DNA of 64,000 bases, taken from the NCBI GenBank assembly GCA_963744715.1, contig CAVUUR010000007.1:1-64000 (forward strand), written 5' to 3'. The notes beneath the pieces are model-generated. The model was not told where the DNA came from and did no database searches. It saw only the letters and a list, made by a program, of their open reading frames with translations. Positions 1 to 9,504 of this stretch are shown here, piece after piece (position 1 is the stretch's first letter; each line of letters opens with the position of its first letter). Both the position numbers and the translations under genes were made by a program. Origin of the DNA: an uncultured bacterium (GTDB lineage Bacteria > Babelota > Babeliae > Babelales > JACPOV01).

Positions 1-1186
1 AATGTAACCATGCGGGATCTATCAAAAAAGGTTATGAATGCGCAAATGTCGGTTGGTGCATTCTTGATAGTATGCAAGCAATTGGGCTTGGCATTGTGGA
101 TGGGGTGATTGATGGGGTTTCTTCTAACAGCTTCCTACGCGCTAGAACATCCCATTGAACTTATTTTAACCGCCATTTTTACCAAGCCGATGCTCATCTA
201 TCATCTTACAAAATTAGCATGCTATGGAACCGCTGCTGCTTTTAATAAGTTATCAACTATTGATTATGAACACGCAACCGCTGATGACATTATCAGTGCA
301 TTGAATAATTCAAAACAAGCCTGCCTTCAAAGCTATCTTGATCTTAGGCAGATGCCACTTTAGAACGCTGGTCTCCCGTGGCGTTGCTTTTGCTACTGAG
401 TTTTATTTGCAAGGCAAACTCAACAAAGGAATCTCAAATTTCTATGAAAAAACGCAAGAAATTGCTGTTAAACGTGCCCACCAATTCGAGATAAAACTTC
501 TTGCACAAAATAATCTTAAACCTGCCCTCGCTAAGGTCTCTCATGCAAATCAACCGGCTCAAACATTAACACCACAAGAACACGTTTCGCACATCTCTAA
601 TAAAAATTCTTTAATTGAAACCGTTCCTCCCAAACAACTACCTCGCCTCGGACATTATTTTGATCCGGAAGGTCTGCCACTCAAAGCGCATATTATTGAG
701 GCTATTGAAAATGGCAGAGCTTATTTCCAAAAAAAGATCGCTCAGTATGAACAAAAAATTGTCAAACGAATACAAGAACTCCTCAAACAACAAGGCATAG
801 AATATACTCAACCTATCACGATCAAAGATATTGACTTCAAACATACTATTGTTGGGGATTGGAACCCACGAAGAAAACAACCAACTGGTCTACATTCAAC
901 TCGCTGGTGTTCTGAAAAGATAAAAGAAAATACAAGAGATACTTCCAATATATTTAAGGCTCAATGGCAAGCTAATGGAGTATCAAAAAAATCAACTTTT
1001 TTCCCTGCCTCATGGGATGAAAATAAAATTGCTGACGCAGCAATAGAAGCTTTACAAAATATTATCGAAGTTGCGGTTAATGATGATGGATTAAAAATAT
1101 GCGGACAAACATTAGAAAAAATTAAAATTAAATTTTATATCGACAATTTTGGCACAATAAAAACTTTTTATCCAAAATTAGATTAA
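1..1186 (+). CDS. Polymorphic toxin 1 (5'-truncated by window; two apparent 1-nt insertions near 118 and 360), C-terminal bacterial EndoU-type RNase
   Basis: Frame from nt 3 reads CNHAGSIKKGYECANVGWCILD and, through ORFs 109-363 and 338-1186, aligns closely with 37987-39930 up to SNKNSL. Tip has HTIVGD...TGLH...KKSTFFPASW...IKTFYP, typical of EndoU_bacteria toxins. Confidence 0.8.
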
Positions 1187-1195
1187 GAGAAATTT

Positions 1196-1558
1196 ATGAA
1201 TATATTACAAATAAAAAAATTAAGTAATCATAATTATTATACTATTGGAAAAGAAACGAATAAAAAAATAGAAATGCTTGGTGAATTTTTACTCGATTGT
1301 GGAAGCGACATTGAAGAAATTAAAATAATGATTAATAAATATAATACTTATAACGCCGACGCAACTCTTACAGAATTACAAGGTAATATCATTACTATTA
1401 GCCACTGGTACTTGAAGTACACTGACTTTATAATACAATACGATACCTTTCTTAAGTTCCTCGATGAATGGAAAGCGGTATACCAAACAAAACCATCAGA
1501 AATTATTATTACTATGGATGATCAGCATCAACATTTTACTATCCAAGCAATTCCTTGA
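1196..1558 (+). CDS. Putative cognate immunity protein of toxin 1
   Basis: 120-aa AT-rich ORF starting 9 nt after the toxin stop; decayed paralog at 42020-42380 in another toxin locus. Confidence 0.7.
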   Translation: MNILQIKKLSNHNYYTIGKETNKKIEMLGEFLLDCGSDIEEIKIMINKYNTYNADATLTELQGNIITISHWYLKYTDFIIQYDTFLKFLDEWKAVYQTKPSEIIITMDDQHQHFTIQAIP

Positions 1559-1755
1559 TTTTTACGTTTTTTACCGCAAGCCACCCAACGGCAACCTCTC
1601 ATAAAATTTTTCTTCATGTTAACTACACATGGCAATGCAGTGGCTACTTGCCTTTTGTAGGGTTAGGCGGGGAATATGAAATAACCAGTAATAAAAATAA
1701 TACTGCATTAAATCAATGGGGTTGTTGGATTAAAGGCGGGTTTACGTTTACCTAA
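1555..1755 (+). pseudogene. C-terminal remnant of a beta-barrel outer-membrane protein gene
   Basis: PTATSHKIFLHVNYTW...LPFVGLGGEYE...ALNQWGCWIKGGFTFT matches the C-terminus of 29471-31048 (PSAVSHKVFTNFAYTW...MPYLGVGGEVE...AFNQWGVWVQGGFAFS); the 5' part is absent. Confidence 0.8.
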
Positions 1756-1768
1756 AGAAGACTAGCCT

Positions 1769-2674
1769 TTAATCAGGTAAATCGCTAAGAGGTTTATTGT
1801 GGCTATATTCTCTAAAATACTTTCTTAATGTACTGCTTGCTCTGTAAATGGAGTATACACTCCGTCCGACAACTAAACCTGCAACCGCACAAAGGGAGTA
1901 TAAACTTATTTTTTCTTTAGTGGCTTCGTTTATTTCAAGCAATTCAAGTATCCTGTATCCATCATTAGCAATAATAGATATAGGAGCAAGGTTTACAAAA
2001 AGGTTCCAACCCATACCACTAGCAATAGTATTATATACAAAAAAATCATTATCCAAATTACGACCCAATGGATCTTTTTTCATTTGTTCAAAAGCCTTTT
2101 TTATATTTTTCTCTTTTTCGTAATACCGATATAGATTTATGCCTGCCAAACATATTGTATCAAATGCTAAACCAGCCAGCGAGCCTGCAGCAAAACCAAG
2201 GATTAGTTTATGTTTATCTTGCTTTGAAGGCGATTGTGTTATATTTGAAATTTTTTCTTTATTAAGCGTGGTATACCCGGCACGACCAATATCTAGAATG
2301 GCCAAAGGATCAAAATTTACATGAATACTCTCTGCAAGTCCAGGATAAAAGAAATTAAATGTGCAATAATGTCCAGCTTCATGAACAAAAGTGTTTGCTA
2401 ACTTCAAAAACACAAATATAGCCAACTGCGCTATGGTTAACCTCGATTTTTGCTTGTTATTGGAATCAACCGTTTGTACCGTTGGCTGCTCTCTATGTTT
2501 TTGTTGAACGCAAAAACTTCCCAATAATACACCGGGTGCCACAATGGAAAAATTTTTGTTTTCTTGAATGTATTTGCTTACACATGTTTTTTTTATTGCC
2601 AATGGCTTGCTCTGTGCATTAGCTGCACAAGCAGTAAACAATACAAAAACAATGTAACCATAACGCACTAACAT
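1769..2674 (-). CDS. M50 (site-2 protease-like) membrane metallopeptidase with signal peptide
   Basis: HEAGH next to a hydrophobic helix, AAGS/P segment and NLAPI...NDG motif; start set at MLVRYG by comparison with the paralog. Confidence 0.75.
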   Translation of the reverse strand: MLVRYGYIVFVLFTACAANAQSKPLAIKKTCVSKYIQENKNFSIVAPGVLLGSFCVQQKHREQPTVQTVDSNNKQKSRLTIAQLAIFVFLKLANTFVHEAGHYCTFNFFYPGLAESIHVNFDPLAILDIGRAGYTTLNKEKISNITQSPSKQDKHKLILGFAAGSLAGLAFDTICLAGINLYRYYEKEKNIKKAFEQMKKDPLGRNLDNDFFVYNTIASGMGWNLFVNLAPISIIANDGYRILELLEINEATKEKISLYSLCAVAGLVVGRSVYSIYRASSTLRKYFREYSHNKPLSDLPD

Positions 2675-2753
2675 TTTTATTCCCATAATCAATTCTTGTA
2701 GTATTTATTTTTTTTATATATAACAAAAATAGAATAGATTAATTTTCTGTAGC

Positions 2754-2850
2754 TATTGACTAGTATGCATTTTTAATTGATGTGTGTCAAAATCGACTTT
2801 TCTCAGGTAAAGAAATCAGGGTATTTGATAGCATATTGCTTTTTACTGTT
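2754..2850. repeat. Upstream non-coding element, copy 1 (copy 2 at 3794-3890)
   Basis: About 97 bp near-identical to 3794-3890; contains TTGAC...GTCAA inverted ends. Confidence 0.85.
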
Positions 2851-2891
2851 GCAAACAATGAAATTAAAGTGAACTATTAATAATGCTCTTT

Positions 2892-3715
2892 TTAATCGCC
2901 GAGACATTCTGAAGTAAAATATGCACTATATATACTGAATAGACCTGCTAAGAGCAAACAGCAATACGCCCCTATTTTTTCTGTAGTAGTTTCATGCATT
3001 CCGACACATTCCAATATTCTGTATCCATCAATTTCTTTTCGATAAGGAATAAATTGTGCAATATTGACTATCGCATTAAGTATAATAGTAGCTTTATATA
3101 TAAAATAATCATGATTTAAATTATAACCTAAGGGATCTTTTTTCATATTCTCAAAAGCTTTTTTTAAAGTACGTTCTTTTTTGTAATACTGATATAAATT
3201 TATGCCCCCCAAGCAAGCCATATTAAATGCCAAACCACCCAGCGGGCCGGCAGCAAGTCCTAAAGCTAATTTATATCTATCTTGTATCGAAGATGATTGC
3301 ATGATGTTTGAAAGTTTTTCTGTATTAACTACAGTACCTCCTCCTGCACCAATATTTAAAGGATTAAGAAAGTCCATATCTACAAAAATACCCCGTGCAA
3401 ATTTAGGAAAAAAGAAATTAAATGTGCAATAATGCCCAACTTCATAGCTAAAGTACTGCCACAATCAAAAAACCCTTTCGTAAACAATTGCACTACCGAA
3501 TGTATTAAACATGCCCTTTGATTTTTATCGGAAGGTGCGTAATACTTCATAGGAATTTTTTTTTGAATTTGAATATGAGGATAACCTAACGATACATCTG
3601 GCGGCAAAATTCCATTAATATTTAATTTATTTATCGGTACCAATGCACTACTTTGCGCATTAATCGCACACGCAGTAAACAATGAAAAAACAATATACCA
3701 ATAACGCAATAACAT
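2892..3715 (-). CDS. M50 peptidase paralog, split by a 1-nt deletion near 3447 (pseudogene or sequence error)
   Basis: ORFs 3380-3802 and 2892-3464 together match 1769-2674; restoring one C gives TLA-HEVGH. Confidence 0.7.
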
Positions 3716-3793
3716 TTTTACTCCATAATCAATTCTTGTAGCACTTATTACTTTATGCCAAAAATAGCTTAATATAATTAGATTTATATTACT

Positions 3794-3890
3794 TATTGAC
3801 AATTATACATTTTTAATTGATGTATGTCAAAAGCGACTTTTCACAGGTAAAGAAATCAGGGTATTTGATAGCAGATTGCTTTTTACTGTT
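3794..3890. repeat. Upstream non-coding element, copy 2
   Basis: Direct repeat of 2754-2850 at an offset of 1040 bp. Confidence 0.85.
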
Positions 3891-3954
3891 TTTATGATAA
3901 ATTTTGCGCACGATACTGTTTATTTTCTATCAAATCTAAAAAAAAGGGTATTTT

Positions 3955-4215
3955 ATGAAAAATACATTATTGTTAAGCATAATAATGCTTTCTGGGTTAT
4001 CATTAAAGGCTGACCAACCGGAACCAACAAGAACCTGTGACATGAGAACCGATGCCGTTATGATGCCAAGCGCAATGGTTGAAATGATGCTTGATAACCA
4101 AACTACCATTATCAACAATCAAGGTACTATCATGGAAGGCCAAGAAAGAATATTAAGAAATCAAGATACCATCCTTGCTAATCAAGGCACTATTTTAAAA
4201 AGAGTTACTAAATAA
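3955..4215 (+). CDS. Small secreted coiled-coil protein with IxxNQxx heptads
   Basis: Signal peptide; heptads MLDNQTT-IINNQGT-IMEGQER-ILRNQDT-ILANQGT-ILKRVTK; followed by a terminator. Confidence 0.75.
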   Translation: MKNTLLLSIIMLSGLSLKADQPEPTRTCDMRTDAVMMPSAMVEMMLDNQTTIINNQGTIMEGQERILRNQDTILANQGTILKRVTK

Positions 4216-4235
4216 ATAACAAAAACTACTCATAA

Positions 4236-4280
4236 AAAAGAGCTTTCTTATGCATGAAAAATGGTAAGAAGGCTCTTTTT
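4236..4280 (+). terminator. Rho-independent terminator
   Basis: AAAAGAGCTTTCTTA...TAAGAAGGCTCTTTT inverted repeat with T-tail after the 3955-4215 stop. Confidence 0.65.
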
Positions 4281-4426
4281 ATGCTGAAAAAACAATTAAA
4301 TCTTTAAAGTATTACCTTTATTTTGCATATTTATCAAAATATTTACAATCTGAATATTGAATTTGTATAATAACAGTAGGCTCCGTAATAAAAATAAAAA
4401 ATTTTATTAACTACAGTGGTACCGTT

Positions 4427-4924
4427 ATGGTAAAAACAAGTAAGATTATTATACTGTTTGGTCTTATCTCGATCACATCCTCTGTGCATAACCATGTAGT
4501 ATATGTAATGATGGGCTATATGTACCCATTAAAGCTTTTTTATAATGTACAACAAACCTGCCAACAACTTTTGGATGATCTTACTATTATCCTCAGCGAT
4601 ACTACTCTTGCTGAACAATTTTTTACTAAAACGCCCTATGTATATGAGCAATGTTGTGCTCTGCAAACAGCCATTGAGCTACTCTGTGCTTACAATGAAG
4701 ATCTTTATTTAACCGAAGAAATAACCGCATTGCTAGCAACCTGCGTTTGCTTACATGAAACGTTTGAAAAAGTATGCACGGTAGTTCCCGAAATATCTCA
4801 TAACGAAAACTACCGAGAAATACGGACTATGTTAGCACAAGCGTACCATTCATTACAGTATCTTTTAACCATTAATCAAGAAGTTGTGTTAACAACGCCA
4901 CGCAATATCAATCCCAACGTATAA
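4427..4924 (+). CDS. Hypothetical helical protein with N-terminal hydrophobic segment
   Basis: 165-aa ORF, no recognised motif. Confidence 0.55.
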   Translation: MVKTSKIIILFGLISITSSVHNHVVYVMMGYMYPLKLFYNVQQTCQQLLDDLTIILSDTTLAEQFFTKTPYVYEQCCALQTAIELLCAYNEDLYLTEEITALLATCVCLHETFEKVCTVVPEISHNENYREIRTMLAQAYHSLQYLLTINQEVVLTTPRNINPNV

Positions 4925-6169
4925 ATCATTTACGTTAGCGTTAAAAATTCTCTTGCCGCCAACAATCATTGTATAAAAGAAACCTATTCGCGGTAAATTA
5001 TCAGCATAATAGGTTGCCAAATCATACTCGGCCATAAAGTGAATACAATGCATATGCCAATTTTTGAACATTTCATCACGGTTAAGAAGAATTGCATCAA
5101 AATTTCCATTACGGGGAGAGATAATATCATGCTCTTTTTTATTGAATGAATAACCACATAATAAAGAAACTCCTTTAATAACATGATCGGCTTTTACGTA
5201 CAGACTTGCATCCCAAATAGTTCCTTCATCAACTGATGCCTTTGTTTTAACTAATTTGATAAATCCTTGTTGTTGATCTCCCGTTTTTATACGTACATAT
5301 TGATCTGCATTAAAGAAAAATAATGCACCGAGATGACATCCCAACGTAAGCCACTCCCACATACCTATTGAACAATCAAATTTTAAAGGAACACCAAAAT
5401 GGCCATTGTAGCCAAGGGGGAGATCAAAAATAAAATCTACATTCTGTTTTTTACCGGTTGGGAACAAAATGCCAATTTTTGCATCAACATCAATAAAATC
5501 AAGGAATGTTGTTTCTTCATAATTACGCGCCCAGCCACATAATAAACTTAAATCGCCCGCACCATTTTGCTGCCGTGCAAAAGGCATAATATTATAACGT
5601 TCTAGAATCTGCGGGAAAAATCGTAAAAAGGTTTGCCATTCCGGGGTGTTTTTATTCGGTGTTCCTTGTTCAGGTGATACATCAATAAACCTGGGTGTAT
5701 CAATTTTAAGAGCTCTAATAGGAAGATATGCTTGAAGAAAAAAACCGTTAACTAAATTTTGGTAGCCATTAAACACTATTTCTATACCATGAAAACTACT
5801 ACTCGTACTGAATTTACCAAAATTATCATTCGTTGGTAACTGCATGAGATTAATAAGAATTTGGTCCAAAAAATTGGTGGGATCAGTCGGAACGCCGCGC
5901 CCCAAAAATTGCATATCAGATAAACCATAGATATCTAATAACGGTACTTTTTTCCCATGATTATTACGCCCTATTTTGGTGCTTGCTCCCCCAAACGATA
6001 CATCAAGCGAACTTAACCATGATTGTTCAAACCGTGGTTCACCCCAAAAATAGGTAGCCCGATAAAAATGTGGATTATCAATTGCATAGAGCGGCAGACA
6101 AAAACTAACCGCTATAATAATACCTACTATGCTATATATACTCTTCATAGGCGGATCCTTTGTTGCCAC
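4889..6169 (-). CDS. Outer-membrane beta-barrel family protein (GxGD...PTG motif, COG4313/SphA-like)
   Basis: Signal peptide; GAGDLSLLCGW...ILFPTG...FDLPLGYNGH parallels GVADITLILGY...IAPTG...FEPVLGNGKH in 29471-31048; amphipathic C-terminal strand YVGIDIAW. Confidence 0.6.
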   Translation of the reverse strand: MATKDPPMKSIYSIVGIIIAVSFCLPLYAIDNPHFYRATYFWGEPRFEQSWLSSLDVSFGGASTKIGRNNHGKKVPLLDIYGLSDMQFLGRGVPTDPTNFLDQILINLMQLPTNDNFGKFSTSSSFHGIEIVFNGYQNLVNGFFLQAYLPIRALKIDTPRFIDVSPEQGTPNKNTPEWQTFLRFFPQILERYNIMPFARQQNGAGDLSLLCGWARNYEETTFLDFIDVDAKIGILFPTGKKQNVDFIFDLPLGYNGHFGVPLKFDCSIGMWEWLTLGCHLGALFFFNADQYVRIKTGDQQQGFIKLVKTKASVDEGTIWDASLYVKADHVIKGVSLLCGYSFNKKEHDIISPRNGNFDAILLNRDEMFKNWHMHCIHFMAEYDLATYYADNLPRIGFFYTMIVGGKRIFNANVNDLYVGIDIAWRC

Positions 6170-6326
6170 TAATTTTTTTAATTATATTGTATACAAGATA
6201 TCAAATGTTGCAAAAAAAGGTTATACTCTTACCATAATTTAATGTTTTGACTTGTCACCACTTATTGGTTTGATATAATTAATACTGTTTTTAATAATGT
6301 AGCTGATAAGCAGTAAGGTTTTCTTT

Positions 6327-6848
6327 ATGATACATGATGAAAAAAACTCTTCAGAAAATTCGCATGAACTACGTAATGATAGCACTCCTAACGATGCACA
6401 ATCTTTTGATGCACAGTTAAAAGAATGTCACATGCTGGTTCAAGAATGGAAAGATAAATATTTTCGCTTAACAGCAGATTTTGATAATTACAAAAAAAGA
6501 TTAGAAAAAGATCAGGTATCATGGCAACGCATGCTACAAACCGGTATATTGCTTGATGTTATTGCCATTGTTGATGATTTTGACCGAGCTTTTGCCGATC
6601 CATCGCTCAAAAAAGATACCCTGCCCGGCTTTGTATTAATCTATAAAAATTTGCAAAAATTATTAGATAAATATGGTGTTACTGAAATTAAAGAGCTGGG
6701 CAACTTTGATCCTCACTATCACGAAGCGGTTATGAATGTTCCGGCAGATGAAGAGCATAAATCAGGCACCGTCGTTCAAGTTCTGCAAAAAGGTTACACC
6801 TTCAAAGATCACGTATTACGGCCAGCCAAAGTAAGTATCGCGGAGTAA
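6327..6848 (+). CDS. grpE: Nucleotide exchange factor GrpE
   Basis: RLTADFDNYKKR, FDPHYHEAV, QKGY...VLRPAKV motifs. Confidence 0.97.
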   Translation: MIHDEKNSSENSHELRNDSTPNDAQSFDAQLKECHMLVQEWKDKYFRLTADFDNYKKRLEKDQVSWQRMLQTGILLDVIAIVDDFDRAFADPSLKKDTLPGFVLIYKNLQKLLDKYGVTEIKELGNFDPHYHEAVMNVPADEEHKSGTVVQVLQKGYTFKDHVLRPAKVSIAE

Positions 6849-6851
6849 ACC

Positions 6852-8321
6852 ATGAATAATACTCTGTTTACATTATACGCATTCCTAGCTCTCATAATAG
6901 GCACAATAACTATTCATGCAGACAATGTCACCGTAGATAAACAACCCGGATATATTGAATCCTGTATCAACTTCATAAAAAATTCCTATGAAGCCAGCAT
7001 TGAAAATGCTCTTAATAACCATGCGGCCCAGCAAGCGCGAACATGGAAACAGTCTCTCGATACCTTCCTTAGCAAGAATAGTCTTGGTGATATTTCTGAA
7101 CAAGAACGTACGTTTTTGAAAAAAATTTTTCTAACGCTAGGTAATGGATTAGAAGATAGAAAAACCTCGCTGAAATATTTTGAATATATACAAGCAGGTG
7201 CTATTGTTGTTACTCCTGAACTCGAGGAAGATTTAAAAGGCTATGATAAGCAAAAACTAACGCAAATAGTGCCAGCTATCGCCTATACTTTTGGTACCCT
7301 TCCACCGGTTAAATACCATTATTCTCCTGAACTTGAAAATCAAGTAACCCAAGATTGCGAACGTGCTATACAAAATGTTATGGCCAATAAAACCTTCACC
7401 AAACAACAAAAAAAGGAGGCGCTCGCGCAAATAGAGCAATATTACACAATCTTTGAACAACAGGGATTTAGATTACCAAATGTTACTAAAGAATGGGTTG
7501 ATAACACATCACGCTTATTTAAGCATTATGCAGAAATTCTGGATACTAAAGCTGCTACAAACAGTTTCAACATAAATGAGGATATGCTCAAAGATTTTAA
7601 AACTTATACACATAACGTACAAAAATTAGTGCCAGAATTAAAATTACATGATTATTTTGCAAAAAATAATCTTCAAATAATAACTGAAGTAATAAAATCT
7701 AATATTTCAAAGGTATTATCTCGAGATTTTTATAATAATACAGTTGTTCCGGCCTATAAAGTATTTAATCTTGATCCTATTGATCCTAATATTACACTTC
7801 AAGAACTTCTTACAAAAGACTCAGCAATGTATGAAAAATTAAATATTGCTGCTGATGCTGATCGTTCTCAAACATTAAAAGATATAATTAAAAGAAAAAA
7901 AAAGTATATGATGTTATCAGCGCATCCTGACAGACCAGGGGGAAACACCCAAGAAGCAACTGATATTAATGAAAAATTTAATATTATCCAAGATATTTTT
8001 GACAATAACGTTTCAATAGAATCTGCAAAAGAACAAAGTTATATTTTATCCACAGCCGTGAATCAGTTGAACTCTATTCTTGAAAATAAAGAAAAAAAAT
8101 ATCAGCAAGAAAGACAATTTTTAATGAATGGTATCGTTTTCCCTTTTTTGCGTGGAAAAAAGTGCTTACCATTATCTATACCCGAAGCAACTGACATTGA
8201 TATGGCCATGGAAGCAATAATAAAACCTACTCTAAATTTTAAAAGTTGTAAAAATAATCAAAAATATCTTCAATCATCGAGCACTAAATTTTTTCAAGGT
8301 CAATTGTTCTATGTACGATAA
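6852..8321 (+). CDS. Signal-peptide protein with an internal J-domain-like segment
   Basis: N-terminal signal (…ITIHA-D); IIKRKKKYMMLSAHPDRPGGNTQEATDINE resembles J-domain helix II-HPD-helix III. Confidence 0.6.
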   Translation: MNNTLFTLYAFLALIIGTITIHADNVTVDKQPGYIESCINFIKNSYEASIENALNNHAAQQARTWKQSLDTFLSKNSLGDISEQERTFLKKIFLTLGNGLEDRKTSLKYFEYIQAGAIVVTPELEEDLKGYDKQKLTQIVPAIAYTFGTLPPVKYHYSPELENQVTQDCERAIQNVMANKTFTKQQKKEALAQIEQYYTIFEQQGFRLPNVTKEWVDNTSRLFKHYAEILDTKAATNSFNINEDMLKDFKTYTHNVQKLVPELKLHDYFAKNNLQIITEVIKSNISKVLSRDFYNNTVVPAYKVFNLDPIDPNITLQELLTKDSAMYEKLNIAADADRSQTLKDIIKRKKKYMMLSAHPDRPGGNTQEATDINEKFNIIQDIFDNNVSIESAKEQSYILSTAVNQLNSILENKEKKYQQERQFLMNGIVFPFLRGKKCLPLSIPEATDIDMAMEAIIKPTLNFKSCKNNQKYLQSSSTKFFQGQLFYVR

Positions 8322-8394
8322 TTCTCGTAATTACTATGTTTTTAGCAATAAGTTACTATCATTAACGTATTTTATTTACTTAAAGACTCATGTT

Positions 8395-9504
8395 TTACTT
8401 TAAATATGATAAAACACCAACAACAAGCTCAATAAAAATCAAAACAATAACGAGCACTGATAGTAAGTCTTCTCGAATCGTATCGATTTTGTTTTGGTAC
8501 ACTTGATGAATATCGCGAACGATCGCTAATTTTTTATTAATCGATTCTTTCCAATTTTCTAAATCGAGTTTTTCCACTAAGAGCGTATAGGTTTCTGACG
8601 CGTATACATCTCCTGCCAATTTAACGCCACTCTCGATGCGTTCGATAATGGCAGAAATTTCCACTTTTAAGCGGTCTAAATCACCAATAGGATCTTTCAT
8701 CCAATTGCTAATAAAGGGAATGTACGCGGTAATGGGTAATGTCCATACTTCACGCAAATATACCACATTTAAATGTTGATCAAGTGAACGATCATAATAT
8801 TGCAACTCTAGTTGTTGAATGTTGGCATACTCAAAAAGATCTAAAATTGCTTCATAATCTTCGTCATACACAAAAGCGGCTTCGGTATCGATGATAACTA
8901 AATCGCCACGATAATATCCGGTTGCGGAATCAAGAATTGCATCCCTTTGGAATTCGGAAAGGCTTTCTGTTTCAAAACGCAATAATGAAGCAATTGTACC
9001 ACTATATTTTTCTTTTAATTCTATAACGCTTACGTTACTCGGTTGTTGTTGATCAACCTGAATAACAACGTACGATGTTCGTAAATGAAAAAAACGGGAT
9101 TGTTTAATAAATGATTTTATTTTGCCAAAAATAGCATGGGCATCGGCAACACTTTGTTCCCGATATTCAATGTCAATGGCCATTAATTTTTTTTTCAAAT
9201 TTTCCAGCGTATCATTAAATGGAATCTTATATACCAACGAAATAACGCCAAAATTATGAATTTTACTCCCAACACAATGCGTACTTGATTGCGGATACGG
9301 TAATTCAACCGCTAAAGGAATATGATAGTTTTTAAAATAGTTAGATAATGGTAATGGTTTAGTAAGTACTACTTGCGCGGCTTCTAACTTATTTAATGCA
9401 ATATCATCACCAACATCAAAAGCATAAAAAATAAAAACATTTCCCGAAAATGTGCGTGATTCTTGTGACGAATTTTCGTGTATCATACCTACAAACTCCC
9501 GCAT
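8395..9504 (-). CDS. Conserved hypothetical protein, DUF155/RMD1-like, C-terminal TM helix
   Basis: YAFDVG start, ANIQQLELQYYD, helical body, C-terminal LIVLIFIELV helix; abuts the lepA stop. Confidence 0.55.
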   Translation of the reverse strand: MREFVGMIHENSSQESRTFSGNVFIFYAFDVGDDIALNKLEAAQVVLTKPLPLSNYFKNYHIPLAVELPYPQSSTHCVGSKIHNFGVISLVYKIPFNDTLENLKKKLMAIDIEYREQSVADAHAIFGKIKSFIKQSRFFHLRTSYVVIQVDQQQPSNVSVIELKEKYSGTIASLLRFETESLSEFQRDAILDSATGYYRGDLVIIDTEAAFVYDEDYEAILDLFEYANIQQLELQYYDRSLDQHLNVVYLREVWTLPITAYIPFISNWMKDPIGDLDRLKVEISAIIERIESGVKLAGDVYASETYTLLVEKLDLENWKESINKKLAIVRDIHQVYQNKIDTIREDLLSVLVIVLIFIELVVGVLSYLK

